Positions 12,290-22,754 of a stretch of 64,000 nt of DNA are shown here, one piece after another (the first letter of the stretch is position 1; each line of letters begins with the position of its first letter). The stretch is from Mobula hypostoma (Eukaryota). The translations under genes and the position numbers were made by a program. A model generated the notes under the pieces. That model searched no databases and had not been told where the DNA came from. It saw only the letters and a list, made by a program, of their open reading frames with translations. Where the stretch lies: the NCBI RefSeq assembly GCF_963921235.1, contig NC_086097.1, forward strand, positions 114,702,001 to 114,766,000. Reading direction: 5' to 3'.

Positions 12290-12890
12290 TGTCCTGAAGG
12301 ATCTGGTGGACTGGACCCTCAAGAATGCAGCTACAGCTACAGAGGCCATTGCTGGAGCGGACTTGGGGCTGGACTGAAACTTTGGGCCAGATTGAAGTGG
12401 TGGGCTGAGAGACTGAGAGCAGAAAGCAAACTGATCTTGGCCTATTTAAGCTCCGAGCTAGATTTAAAAACATCAGGGCGTCGAGGTCGAGGGCGAAGGA
12501 TGAACTGATGTTCAGCTTACTATGCCGCAAAGGTTTACGTGTCTCAGTGCTGAACTAGCTTTGTGTCTGTGGCTTGAGCTGTCTCTGTAGCTGTGGCCTG
12601 CAGCTATCGGGATGCTGGATCGCTGCGACGTTAAACTAGTTCCCTCATTGTGAACTCGCTTTCGGGGCTCTATGGTTCATGTTCTGTGTCTTACTAATTT
12701 ACTTTTTTTAAAATCATTTGCATGATGTGTTCATTTTTTCACACATTGGGTGTTTGATGATGTTTGTTATGTAGTTTTCTTTGGGGAGTCTATTCCGTTT
12801 CCTTTGTCTTGTGGATGTCTTCAGGAAGACAAATCTCAAGGTTGTATATGGTATACATACTCTGATCATAAATGTACTTTGATCTTTGAA
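12290..12890 (+). mobile_element. Non-autonomous retroposon with ...AATCTCAAGGTTGTATATGG...AAATGTACTTTGA tail
   Basis: Tail is shared with about 20400-20620 and 32100-32275; no coding capacity. Confidence 0.55.
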
Positions 12891-13089
12891 CAATAAGGCC
12901 ACAAGTCCACTCAGACAATGACAATTAACCCATGATCTCAAGGATTTGACCAGATATATGCAGACAATAAGAATGAAAGCTATCAGAACTTGATAATTAA
13001 TGCAGTTTTTTTCCACACTATCTTTAACTTAATTTGGATTACAATAAATTTTAAATGATAAAGTTAAATATTAGCTTTATTTGTCACAG

Positions 13090-13545
13090 ATTGAAAAAAG
13101 CTGCAGAGGACTGGAAGCTTAGCCAGCTCCATCATGGACACCCCCCCAACCCCCAGCATTGAGGACATCATCAAATGGCGATGTCTCAGACAGTGGCACC
13201 CATCATTAAGGAAGGACTCCACCACACCCAGTACATGCTCTTCATATTAGTACCATCAGAGTGGAGGTATGGGAGCCTGAAGACACTCACTCAAAGTGTC
13301 AGGAACAGCTTTTTCCCTCTGCCATCCGATTTCTGAACAGACAATGAACCCATGAACACTACTTCCACTATTTTTATTCCGTTTTCACATTACTTATTTA
13401 ATTTAATTGTATATATATATGTTTTTATGCTTTATAAAATTTATAACACTTATAATTTATAGGTTAATATATTGCACTGTACTACTGCTGCAAAACAACA
13501 AATTTCACAGTATGTATCACTGATATTAAACCTGATTCTGACATG
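13090..13545 (+). mobile_element. Rex1/Babar LINE 3' end
   Basis: GCCAGCTCCATCATGG...GAGGACATC...AGGAACAGCTTTTTCCC; tail GATATTAAACCTGATTCTGA. Confidence 0.75.
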
Positions 13546-14356
13546 TACTTCGAAGCCTTTTCTGTGACAACGACCAGCACAATCTGAGATCTGCTGTGGG
13601 CATCCTTCAGGCTTCGCCAGCAGCAACACAGCACGCTCACCACTCCTGTTCTCAGTGTTATTTTTTATTTGCACAGTTTGTCTCCTTTTGCACACTGGTC
13701 ATTGTCAGTATTTGTCTGTTTGTGTGTAGTTTTTCATAAAATTCTATTGCATTTCATTTTACTTTGCTGTAACTTCTATTTTTCCTGTAGTACAGCTACT
13801 ACACATTTTCTGACCAGAGCTGTGCCTGTACCAGCTGTGCCATGGCACTCTCTGGGGTGCCTGGTCTGGTCAGAACATCACCAGTGCCAAGTTTCTGCAT
13901 GATCTCCACCCTAGAGTAGTCCAATAGTTCACAAAATCCATTGTGGCAGAAGATGATCGCTCAAACATCATCCGATTCTGCACTTCAAAATTTCGGATGC
14001 TCATGTCCGGTAGGTGCTCTGAGGCTTGCCATGCCCCCAGAGGACCTGCGTGCTGTCAGTAAGTCGGCCTCTGCTTCATCCCAGGAAACCAATGGCAACT
14101 CCATTGCCACCACCCACCTTTCTCTCACTTTCCTCTCAAAGACAGATCTGATGGAACAGCGGGGTTGTTTATGTTCAACTAACGCATTTTTAATCTATTC
14201 CAGTGTTGTATTAATCATGAATTTGCATGTGTTATATCAATCCCCTACTGTAACAAGTTTGGTCACTGATGGGTGTAGCAAAGTGAACAAATTTAGCCTT
14301 CTAGTGGGTTCCCCAGGATTAATTTATTTTGTTTTGAGATACAGCATGCTAACAGG

Positions 14357-15325
14357 CCATAAGAACCAAAAGACCATAAGATATAGGAGCAGAATTAGGC
14401 CATTTGGCTCATTTCATCAAGGCGGATCCAATTTTCCTCTCAGACTCTGTCCCCTGCCCTCTCCCCGTATCCCTTCATGTCCTGACCAATCAAGAATCCA
14501 TCAACCATAAAGACTTGGCCTCCACAGCTGCCCTTGGCAAAGAATTCCACAGATTCACTCCACTCACTGGCTAAAAAAATTCCTCCTCATCTCCATTCCT
14601 AAAGGATGCCTCTCTATTCTGAGGCTGTGTCCTCTGGTCTTAGACTTTCCCGCCAGAGGAAACATCCACATCCACGCTATCTAGGCCTTTTACCATTCAA
14701 TGGGTTTCAATGAAGTCACCCTTCTTTCTTCTGAATTCTAATGAATACAGACCCAGAGCTATGAAACTCTCTTCATATGACAAACCATTCAAACCTAGAA
14801 TCATTTTTGTGAATCTCCTTTGAACCCGCTTCAGTTTCAGCACATCCTTTCTAAGGTAAAGGGCCCAAACCTGCCCACAATAATCCAAATGAGGTCTCAC
14901 CAGTGCTTTATAAAGTCTCAACATTACATCCTTGCTTTTATATTCTAGTGCTCTTGAAATGAATGTTAACATTGCATTTGCCTTCCTCACCACAGACTCA
15001 ACCTGCAAATTAGTTTTTAGGGACTCCCAAGTCCCTTTGTCAGTTTTTTTTTGTGTTTTTTCTCCATTTAGAAAATAGTCAACCCTTTCATTTCTTCTAC
15101 CAAACTGCATGACCGTACACTTCCCGAGACTTTATTCTATCTGCCATTTCTTTGTGCATTCTCCTAATCTAGCTAAGTCCCTCTATGGCCTCTCTACTTC
15201 ATCAAAACTACTTGCCCCTCTATCTATCTTCATATCAGCTGGAAACTTTGCAACAAAGCCATCAATTCCATCATCCAAATCATTGATATATGAGGTAAAA
15301 AGAATTGGTCCCACCACAATTCCAT
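14357..15325 (-). mobile_element. CR1 LINE 3' fragment
   Basis: ORF 14697-15110 LYKALVRPHLDYCGQVW; (TCTTATGG)n-type tail at 14357-14385. Confidence 0.9.
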
Positions 15326-15890
15326 GCAATGGAATGTGGATTGGATTCATGCATATGTAGACAATCAGTTAAGTGCCTGTTTTCTGGTCTGCCTGGACTA
15401 CATCTTAAATGTAATCTTCAATTCATATTCGAATCTGAAGGCTGGTTAGTGGCTGAAATCAGTTAAGTTATTTGCTATATGTGCTAACCCCATAAAACAC
15501 TCTAACAACCTAATCAACCTTTCCTTATAATTCAGATCCTCAAATCCTGGCAGTATCCGTGTAGATTTTCTGTTTCAAGAAGCCTGATGAAAATATTTAC
15601 CAACATTGAACATGCAGCACCTTCCTCTTTTTTGAAATCTATTCAGAGTGTCACATAACCTCCTTTAGACCAAAATGTACCCTGTAAACCACATTCACAT
15701 ACCTATTTTATTACCAACCTGAATCCAATACACTTTATTCCATTGGTGTTAGGGTGAAGGTTAGGGTTAAGAATTTCTAGAAACCTCTTGAGTAATGGCA
15801 GTCTCACTAATCCCGATGCCTGACAACAAATTTCTCTCATAATCAGGCTGTTTTGCATCACATAAAAGTTTGTGCGGTTCACAGAACATA

Positions 15891-16452
15891 CGGTCAGTGC
15901 CCACTTTATTAGATACCTCCTGTACCTAATAAAGTGGCCACTGAGTGTATGTCCGTGGGCTTCTGCTGTTGTAGCCCGTCCACTTCAAGGTTTGATGTGT
16001 TGTGTGTTCAGAGCTGCTCTTCTGCACACCACTGTTGTAATGTGTGGTTATTGGATTACTGTTACCTTCCTATCATCTTAATCCCATCTAACAATTCTCT
16101 TCTGACCTCTCTCAATAATAAGGTGCTTTCACTCACAGAATTACCGTTCACTGGACATTTTTTTGTTTCTCGTGCTATCGTCTGTAAACTCTAGAGATCG
16201 TTGTGCATGAAAAGTCCCGGAGATCTGCAGGTTTTGAGATACTCAAACCACCCCATCTGACACCAACAATCATTGCATGGTAAAGTCAGTCAGATTACAT
16301 TTCTTCCCCATTCTGATGTTTGGTCTGAACAACAACTGAATCTCTTGACAATGTCTGCATGATTTTATGCATAGAATTACTGCAACGTGATTGGCTGATT
16401 AGATACTTGTGAGTAAGTGTACAGGTCTAACTAATAAGGTGGCCACTGAGTA
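15891..16452 (-). mobile_element. Tc1/mariner deletion derivative with terminal 57-bp TIR-TIR micro-element
   Basis: TIR C(A)CTCAGTGGCCACTTTATTAG, TA flanks; inverted homologue of 18749-19301. Confidence 0.85.
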
Positions 16453-16615
16453 TAAATTCAGTTTTCTGAAGAGTGATTAAAAACTTGATGTAAACATGAT
16501 AGTGGGAAATTCTGACTCAATTCAAGGGGTTTAATTTTACAAAGCAAACATAACAAACAGATAAAGTTGGAAATGACCTGCAGGTCACGCAGCAATTAAT
16601 TTTGGCTAAGATCAT

Positions 16616-17091
16616 GATGGTGAGATATATCCTAGGATGCACTAGGATAGATCATCAGCAATGTAACCTGGGGTCATAAGGTTTTCAGGTCTTTCAACAT
16701 CAGACACTCTCAGCCAGGCAACCAGCCAGGGTTGATCTGGCCCTGGCTTGTGTCCCAGCAGCACTGGTCCACGGGTCACATCTCTTGACCCGTAGCCATC
16801 TGGAGGCTCGCTCAGCAGCCTCTGTGACAGACCTGATGGCTCTTTCCTTTGCAGACCCCTCTAGAGACTGTTGTGCATGAAAAGAAGAGAGTAGATTCTG
16901 CACAGTGAGCAGCCAGAAAAACCTCTCCACCCCACCTCCATAGGCTCACATCATGCCCTCCACCCCATCTCTGCCACTGCTCTACCAGCTCCTTGTATTT
17001 GGCTCAAATGCCTCCTCAATACGGGCTCCACAAGGAACTGTCAGTTCTACCATGACCTCCTGCTTCAAGGTTTCTGACAAAATAATTGCAA
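16616..17091 (-). mobile_element. HERO-like LINE, 5'-truncated, second family, 23-bp TSD
   Basis: VMVELTVP..RIEEAF, EPMEVG, EAAERASRWL; TSD CAATTAATTTTGGCTAAGATCAT (16593-16615) / CAATTAGTTTTGGCTAAGATCAT (17092-17114). Confidence 0.88.
16647..16710 (-). ncRNA. Candidate pseudoknotted hammerhead-like RNA in second HERO 3' UTR
   Basis: Minus strand GAGTGTC-TGATGT-TGAAAGACCT-GAAAAC...ACATTG-CTGATGA; TGATGT can pair with ACATTG. Confidence 0.38.
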
Positions 17092-17695
17092 CAATTAGTT
17101 TTGGCTAAGATCATTAGTATCTAATGAAAAGGATGTGCAAGCATTTCTGAATTGCCTGTTTAAAGATACCTTCACGGAAATATTCTCACACAAATTATTT
17201 AAAAATTACTGACCTATAGTGTTATTTGTTAAAAAGCAGTGGAATATTGTGGTACAATGTCTGATATCTACAATCATCTGGGAACTGAAAGTCGATCAAT
17301 AATTAACTGAGTATCGCAGGTAGTCAAGAGAGAGTGTTGAACAGTCTTTTGTAGAAAGCGTGCCAAACAAGTGTCTGTCATAAAGTCTGATCAAGCTGAG
17401 AGTGTTAAACTGCCTTTAGTAAGCCACAGTGATGTGGATTAAACTACCTCCATCCACTTAATTTCTTGGTCTGCTAATCAAATTCAGTAATACTGGCAGC
17501 AAAGATAACAAGAAAAAGCTGGCAAAAATGTTGGACCTCTGCTGAAAAATTGGCAATGCTTTCTATAGTAGGGAGCTTGGTATTGTGCAGAGCATAGGTC
17601 TATCCCATGATGGGATTTTACGGGGCTGTTTCTACATTTGCACAGAAAATTCTCTTGTTTGCTGTTTTTTTAAAATCTGCGTGGTTAGTCAAATC

Positions 17696-17775
17696 CAGGG
17701 GTTCCCAACCCGGGATCCAGGGCCTCCTCATTTAACGGTAGGGGTTCATGGCATAAAAAAGGTTGGCAACTATTG
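17696..17775. mobile_element. hAT-type MITE (80 bp)
   Basis: Termini CAGGGGTTCCCAACC / GGTTGGCAACTATTG; 8-bp flanks GTCAAATC / GTATAATC (6/8 match). Confidence 0.7.
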
Positions 17776-17789
17776 GTATAATCAGTAGT

Positions 17790-18385
17790 CAAAGCTTGGG
17801 ATGTGTGGTGTATCCAGGGAGGGGTATCACTTCTAGTGAAGGGGCTTGTCATATCCATCCTGGGGCAGCTCACTCACCTTTGGTTCCCACCGGACACTCA
17901 GCTCTTATCTGTGGCTCCAAGCAGCTGTTTGCATGCGAGAGCGGCCACACCCCAGAACCTGCACACCACTTTGACAGGTGGGCTGATTCAGGTGAGGGTA
18001 GCTGGAGAACTTCACACTCTGGTGAGGGAGGGTCATGCCTATCTCAGCATGCAAAGCCAGCTCTGGCAGTCTGGGCAGATGAAATCAACAGTGATTGATC
18101 TTGCCTCATTTGTGGAGAGCGAAGGGCATGGTAAGGCACAGAAGTCATGGTCAGAATCAGAATCAGAAGAGTGCAAAAACAGAAATAATTATTTAGAATA
18201 GTGAGGTAGTGCTCACGGGTTCAATGCAACCAAGGGAGGCCTCAGTTGTGATGACTACTCATACCACTGGACCCGGATTTCAGAGGTCGAGAGAATGGAA
18301 CTGAGCCAGTGCAATGGCTTTTTCACTTTGAAAACTCCCCCACACGGGTTTCCTGCATTGTCAGATACGATGGACAGCCAACGGT
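17790..18385 (+). mobile_element. Non-autonomous retroposon (RTE 5'UTR-like), interrupted by a short inverted Rex-type tail
   Basis: GC-richer repeat-like block with loose similarity to 47500-47845; (CAGAAT)n insert at about 18152-18225. Confidence 0.4.
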
Positions 18386-18748
18386 CAAAACTTGCTCTCC
18401 ATTGCTTCAGAAAACATGTTCTATGCAACTTTATGATGCAATTAACACCTATTATACCCTTTCAGACTAGATACATGTGTTGACAATATGCAAAGTACAG
18501 TGCTCAGAAGTGATCCCTCTGTTAAGAGAATTCTGTTAAAATGGAGTTCACAGCATAAAGATGACATCAGATGTTTTACTGAAACTTCATCTAGGCAACT
18601 GAGTCATAGTTAATGTCAAACAAGGAACAAAAGCCATAAAAATAACTCCTTTCACAGATGAGTCATGGATGAATCATAGAACCATTAAAATGATGGCACA
18701 TATGGAGACCATTTAGCTCAGTGTCTATACTGGACGTAAATGAAGATA

Positions 18749-19301
18749 CAGTCAGTGGCCACGTTATTTGGTACACCTGTACACCTGTAATTAATGCAAA
18801 TATCTAATCATCCTCTCATGTGGCGGCAACTTATTGCATGAAAGTAAGGAGACATGGTCAAAAGTTTCTGTTTTGTTCAGACCAAATATCAGAATGGGGA
18901 AGATACCTGATCTGTGATTTTGACTGTGGAATGATTTTTGGTGCCGGGGGGCGGGGTTGAGTATCTCAGAAACTGCTGATCTCCTTGGATTTTCATACAC
19001 AACAGCCTCTAGAATTTACAAAGAATGCTACAAAAAGCAAAAAGGCACCTAGCGAGCGGCAGTTCGGTAGGCAAAAATGCCTTGAGAGATCAGAAGAGAA
19101 TGGCCAGATAGGTTCAAGCTGACAGGAAGGAGGTAGTAACTCAAATAGCCATATGTTACAACAGTAGCAGAAGAGCATCTCTGAATGCACAACATATTGA
19201 CCCTTGAACTAGATGGGCTACAGCAGCAGAAGACCATGAACATACACTCAGTGTCCACTTTATTAGGCACAGGAGCTACCTAATAAAGTGGCCACTGAGT
19301 G
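18749..19301 (+). mobile_element. Tc1/mariner deletion derivative with terminal 57-bp TIR-TIR micro-element
   Basis: Same TIR as 15891-16452; transposase N-terminus remnants DFDCGMIFGA, SISETADLLGFS and MGYSSRRP; micro-element at 19245-19301. Confidence 0.88.
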
Positions 19302-19959
19302 CATTTAACTTAATTCCACTTCAGCCTCCAGCCCATAACCCTGCCTTTCAAATGCTCATCCAGGTATATTTTCAATCAGCTGAAAGTTTCTACCTCCACC
19401 ATCCTTTCAATGCAATGAATTTCAGACTTCCGCTGTTCTTTCAATGAAAAATAATTTCCTCAATTCTACTCTAATCCTTTGACCAATTACATAATTCAAG
19501 GCTTGCGAGTTTTCGTTTTCTATTTCTCTGGTAAATAGATGCTTGCATTCCTTCTGTCATCTCAATTTTTTCTACACTTGAATTAGAATTACTCTCCGCC
19601 TCGTTTTTTTTTCTAGAATTTTAGTGAAATAATTTGCTTGAATCATTCACATTAAATCAAATGGGCCGTAATACAATTCACCCTATGCACCTTGACAGAA
19701 TCCTACCAATTATTGTGTGTTCCATTACCTCCTCAAATACAATTCCACACAGTAACAACTTAATTCCTTTTGCCATTTTTATGCTGATCTTATCAATATC
19801 TTTGAGCAACCTGATTCTTCGAGATGGTACCAGTGAACAACGTGACCAGTGGTGATGTCCTGCAGACAATTCACAAAACTACGTCTTTTACTTCTCCTTT
19901 CAAGTATGATTCTACTACGAAGCTGCGTGTGATCGAAACCTGTGATTTACATTTTGATG

Positions 19960-20625
19960 ATGTGTTTTTGGGCCAACTGAGCAATCTGGCGCTTTGCTTT
20001 CTCCCAGGGAGTTCGGTGAGATTGGGAGCGGACTGTGCGGCCTGGAGATCTGAAAGCAGGGTGCGAGCCCATGGTTGTCTTCATTGCTTCTATCCCATTG
20101 AAGCATGGAGCAAGATTGAAGTGCGGGTGGGTTTTTGGCGCTCAGTGCCTGTGCTTGACTGGCCATCCTCTCCTCCCAGCTGTTTCTACAGTAACCTGCA
20201 GGAGTCTTAGGTTCCATGTTGCAAAATTGATTCATGAGGTTTGTGGCTGTGGTCTCATTTTGGGGGACTTTGAGGTTCATGTTGCACATGTTTCTGGATT
20301 CTGGTTACTCTTTCTTTTGTTGTTTTTGAGCGGTTTGATCAGGGCAATCGTTGTGGACTGGGGTGATTTGGCCAGGTCTGTCTAGAGGCACTGTGCTGAA
20401 CTGAACTAAGCTGAATACTCCTGAACTCCTGGTTTAATGTTTAATATTGGATGTGGTGTTTGCTTGCTTTTTGCTGTTAGCGCAATTCGTTCTTTTATTG
20501 CCTGCTGGATGTTTGAACAGGTTCCATGGTGTTTCTTTGTATCATGGCTGCCTGTGAGAGGAAGGATCTTAGAGCTGTATTCTATATACCTTGATAATTA
20601 ATGCACTTTGAATCATTGAACCTGA
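19960..20625 (+). mobile_element. Non-autonomous retroposon (family of 12290-12890)
   Basis: (CTGAA)n stretch and tail ...GATAATTAATGCACTTTGAATCATTGAA. Confidence 0.5.
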
Positions 20626-21499
20626 GAACTTTATTCCTCACTATGAAAAACAGTCAATATGAATATCATCAACAAACGTCCTAATCATTATTCCTATATT
20701 TAAGTTTTGATTACTAAAGCAAATCATGAAATAAACCAGGGACTTGGTATAGACCACTGCAGAACTTCACAGCAAAATCGACCTAGTCATTTGCACTCCC
20801 GTTCACTATTATCCTTTATTTTCTCACACAGAATCAATAATTAATCTACTTGGGCACTCTCCTGTAAATTCTATCGGTTTTTATGTTCCCAAGGTTTAGC
20901 CAAGTGCCATGCTAAATTCCATTCAGGCTACATAAAATGAGCCATTGGTACACTTTTCCTGCTCACCTGCACCACAGACAGCCCTCCTCCATAAATAGTT
21001 ATTTATCAATCAACATGGTGTAACCAGGAAATTTGCAATGCTACGCCTGTCTATCTTTGAGCCAAGTTAAGTAACACCCACAATATCTGTCACTCTGCAC
21101 CCACATTCTCACGGTCTTTATGTCCTAGACTCCCTGCATTAAAGTATAGGCATAAACGCATTGTCAATGTTCTGATGAGTTTACTTTTCCACAGCTATTA
21201 TCTCACCCACTTATTGTTGCAGCATTTTCTGTTTGAAATTCAGATTTGCATCATTTGCATTTCATGCATTGGCAGAATTCTTTGTTTCTTTTTCCTACCA
21301 ATGGTTTCCACTGCTTTCCAGGATTCTATCTCTTCAACATCCAGTTTTACTTCTGAGACTGTTCTTAGGTTTGAAAACGCTGCTTAAACTTTCCTTGGCA
21401 GCACTAGTGAACCATCCTGCAGGCTGGCGGAAGCTATCTGGGTCGTCTGCCTGATTTTCTCCTAATGCCCAAGGACACTAAAACACTTCATCTTGCACT

Positions 21500-22030
21500 T
21501 TCTCTTCAGATCTGCACCATCAAGTCAATGTCCTTTAGTAGCTGAGGTCCGTAAGGCACATTGTCAATGGGATGCTCTGGAAGGAGGCAATGGTGCTCAG
21601 ATTTAGTTTTCGGGTAATTGACAGTGATGAGCATAAAGGAGCTGTTGCCCCCTCAGTAACCACCTTAATGTTGCACCTGGAGGTCACATCATACTCAACA
21701 TCAAGAAGAGAGGGTTAAGACAAGGCATTCATTGCAATCGCCTAAACCAACGCAGAGACAGAGGAAGAGAGAAACCGATGGGAGACCACCTTCATCACAA
21801 GATATTCTGGAACTAAAGCAGGGAATGAAAGAGTTACGTTTAGAGTGGCCTCAAGGTGGTCGAAGGCTTTGCTGAAGGTTGCACATTCGATACTAAAGTG
21901 CATTGTTAACCAATGATATATTCATCTGGACAGTTGCAAGGTATGATGATTAGGCTGGCTGCAGATGGACTATTCACGATATTCTCAGAAAAGTCTTTTT
22001 GGGTTCCACCAAATGCTAGGGTAATAGCAG
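21500..22030 (-). mobile_element. Very old LINE RT remnant
   Basis: Minus strand FSKAFDHL at about 21850-21876 resembles the RT DxxKAFD motif; nothing else is clear. Confidence 0.3.
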
Positions 22031-22381
22031 ACTTTGTGGATGAGGAAAGTGAAATGGAATTAATGAAGAATTGAGATGAGAATTTGGAACTGAAATGAGC
22101 ATAATGTCAGGAAATATCAAGAAGGTGTTTGAATTTCACTTACTAATCCGCTTATTTAAAAGGTAAAGCTCTACTAAGAGAGTAAGTTTGGATTTCTGTC
22201 ATCAAAAAGGGTTTGTGCAAAATTGGGTTTGTCCGAAGGATTTAGTTAAGAATGGGTTAACTGATTGTGGGTGTGTTGCTTATGATAATTGTTCTCTGTC
22301 TATTTGGCCTATCAATAGCAGGACATGCCTAAAATTTGTTTTTGTGATTACATTCCTACTTCAAGCACACTTTACATGAAG

Positions 22382-22644
22382 TGGAAAGGAAAGGTAAGTT
22401 GCATCCAGAGTTTCTCCGGTTAGCGGACGACTTCCCTCCACGCCTCTCTGACGCAGTGGGGATTCGCGTACGACGAAAGTTACAGCAGTGGTTTGCCATT
22501 GCCTTCTGCCGGGTGAGTTTCCAAAGAGATCACCAGCTCGTAACCCAGCACGGATGGAAAGTGTGCAGGGGAGCCGGCTGGATTTGAACTCAGGACCTTT
22601 TGTCCCGAAGGCTGATGCTGATGCCGCTACGCTACCAGCCAGGT
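22382..22644 (-). mobile_element. tRNA-derived SINE with RTE-type segment, full length, 14-bp TSD
   Basis: Pol III A box TGGTAGCGTAGCGG, B box GAGTTCAAATCC, RTE/BovB-like GAAGGCAATGGCAAACCACT, (CCTTT)n tail; perfect TSD CACTTTACATGAAG (22368-22381 / 22645-22658). Confidence 0.88.
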
Positions 22645-22754
22645 CACTTTACATGAAGGGATCTTTAATTTGCAGTTTGATTAACTTTAAAGTTATGGTT
22701 TCCAGTTTTTTGAGGGATTTAATTTTGGCTAGACAAATGTTGCCCAAGCCTGTT

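Noticed and set aside
13941..14510. 189-aa ORF
   Set aside because: Runs into an antisense CR1 tail; no domain recognised; probably chance.
22570..22644. tRNA gene
   Set aside because: A/B boxes are the head of a TSD-flanked SINE; no full cloverleaf is evident.
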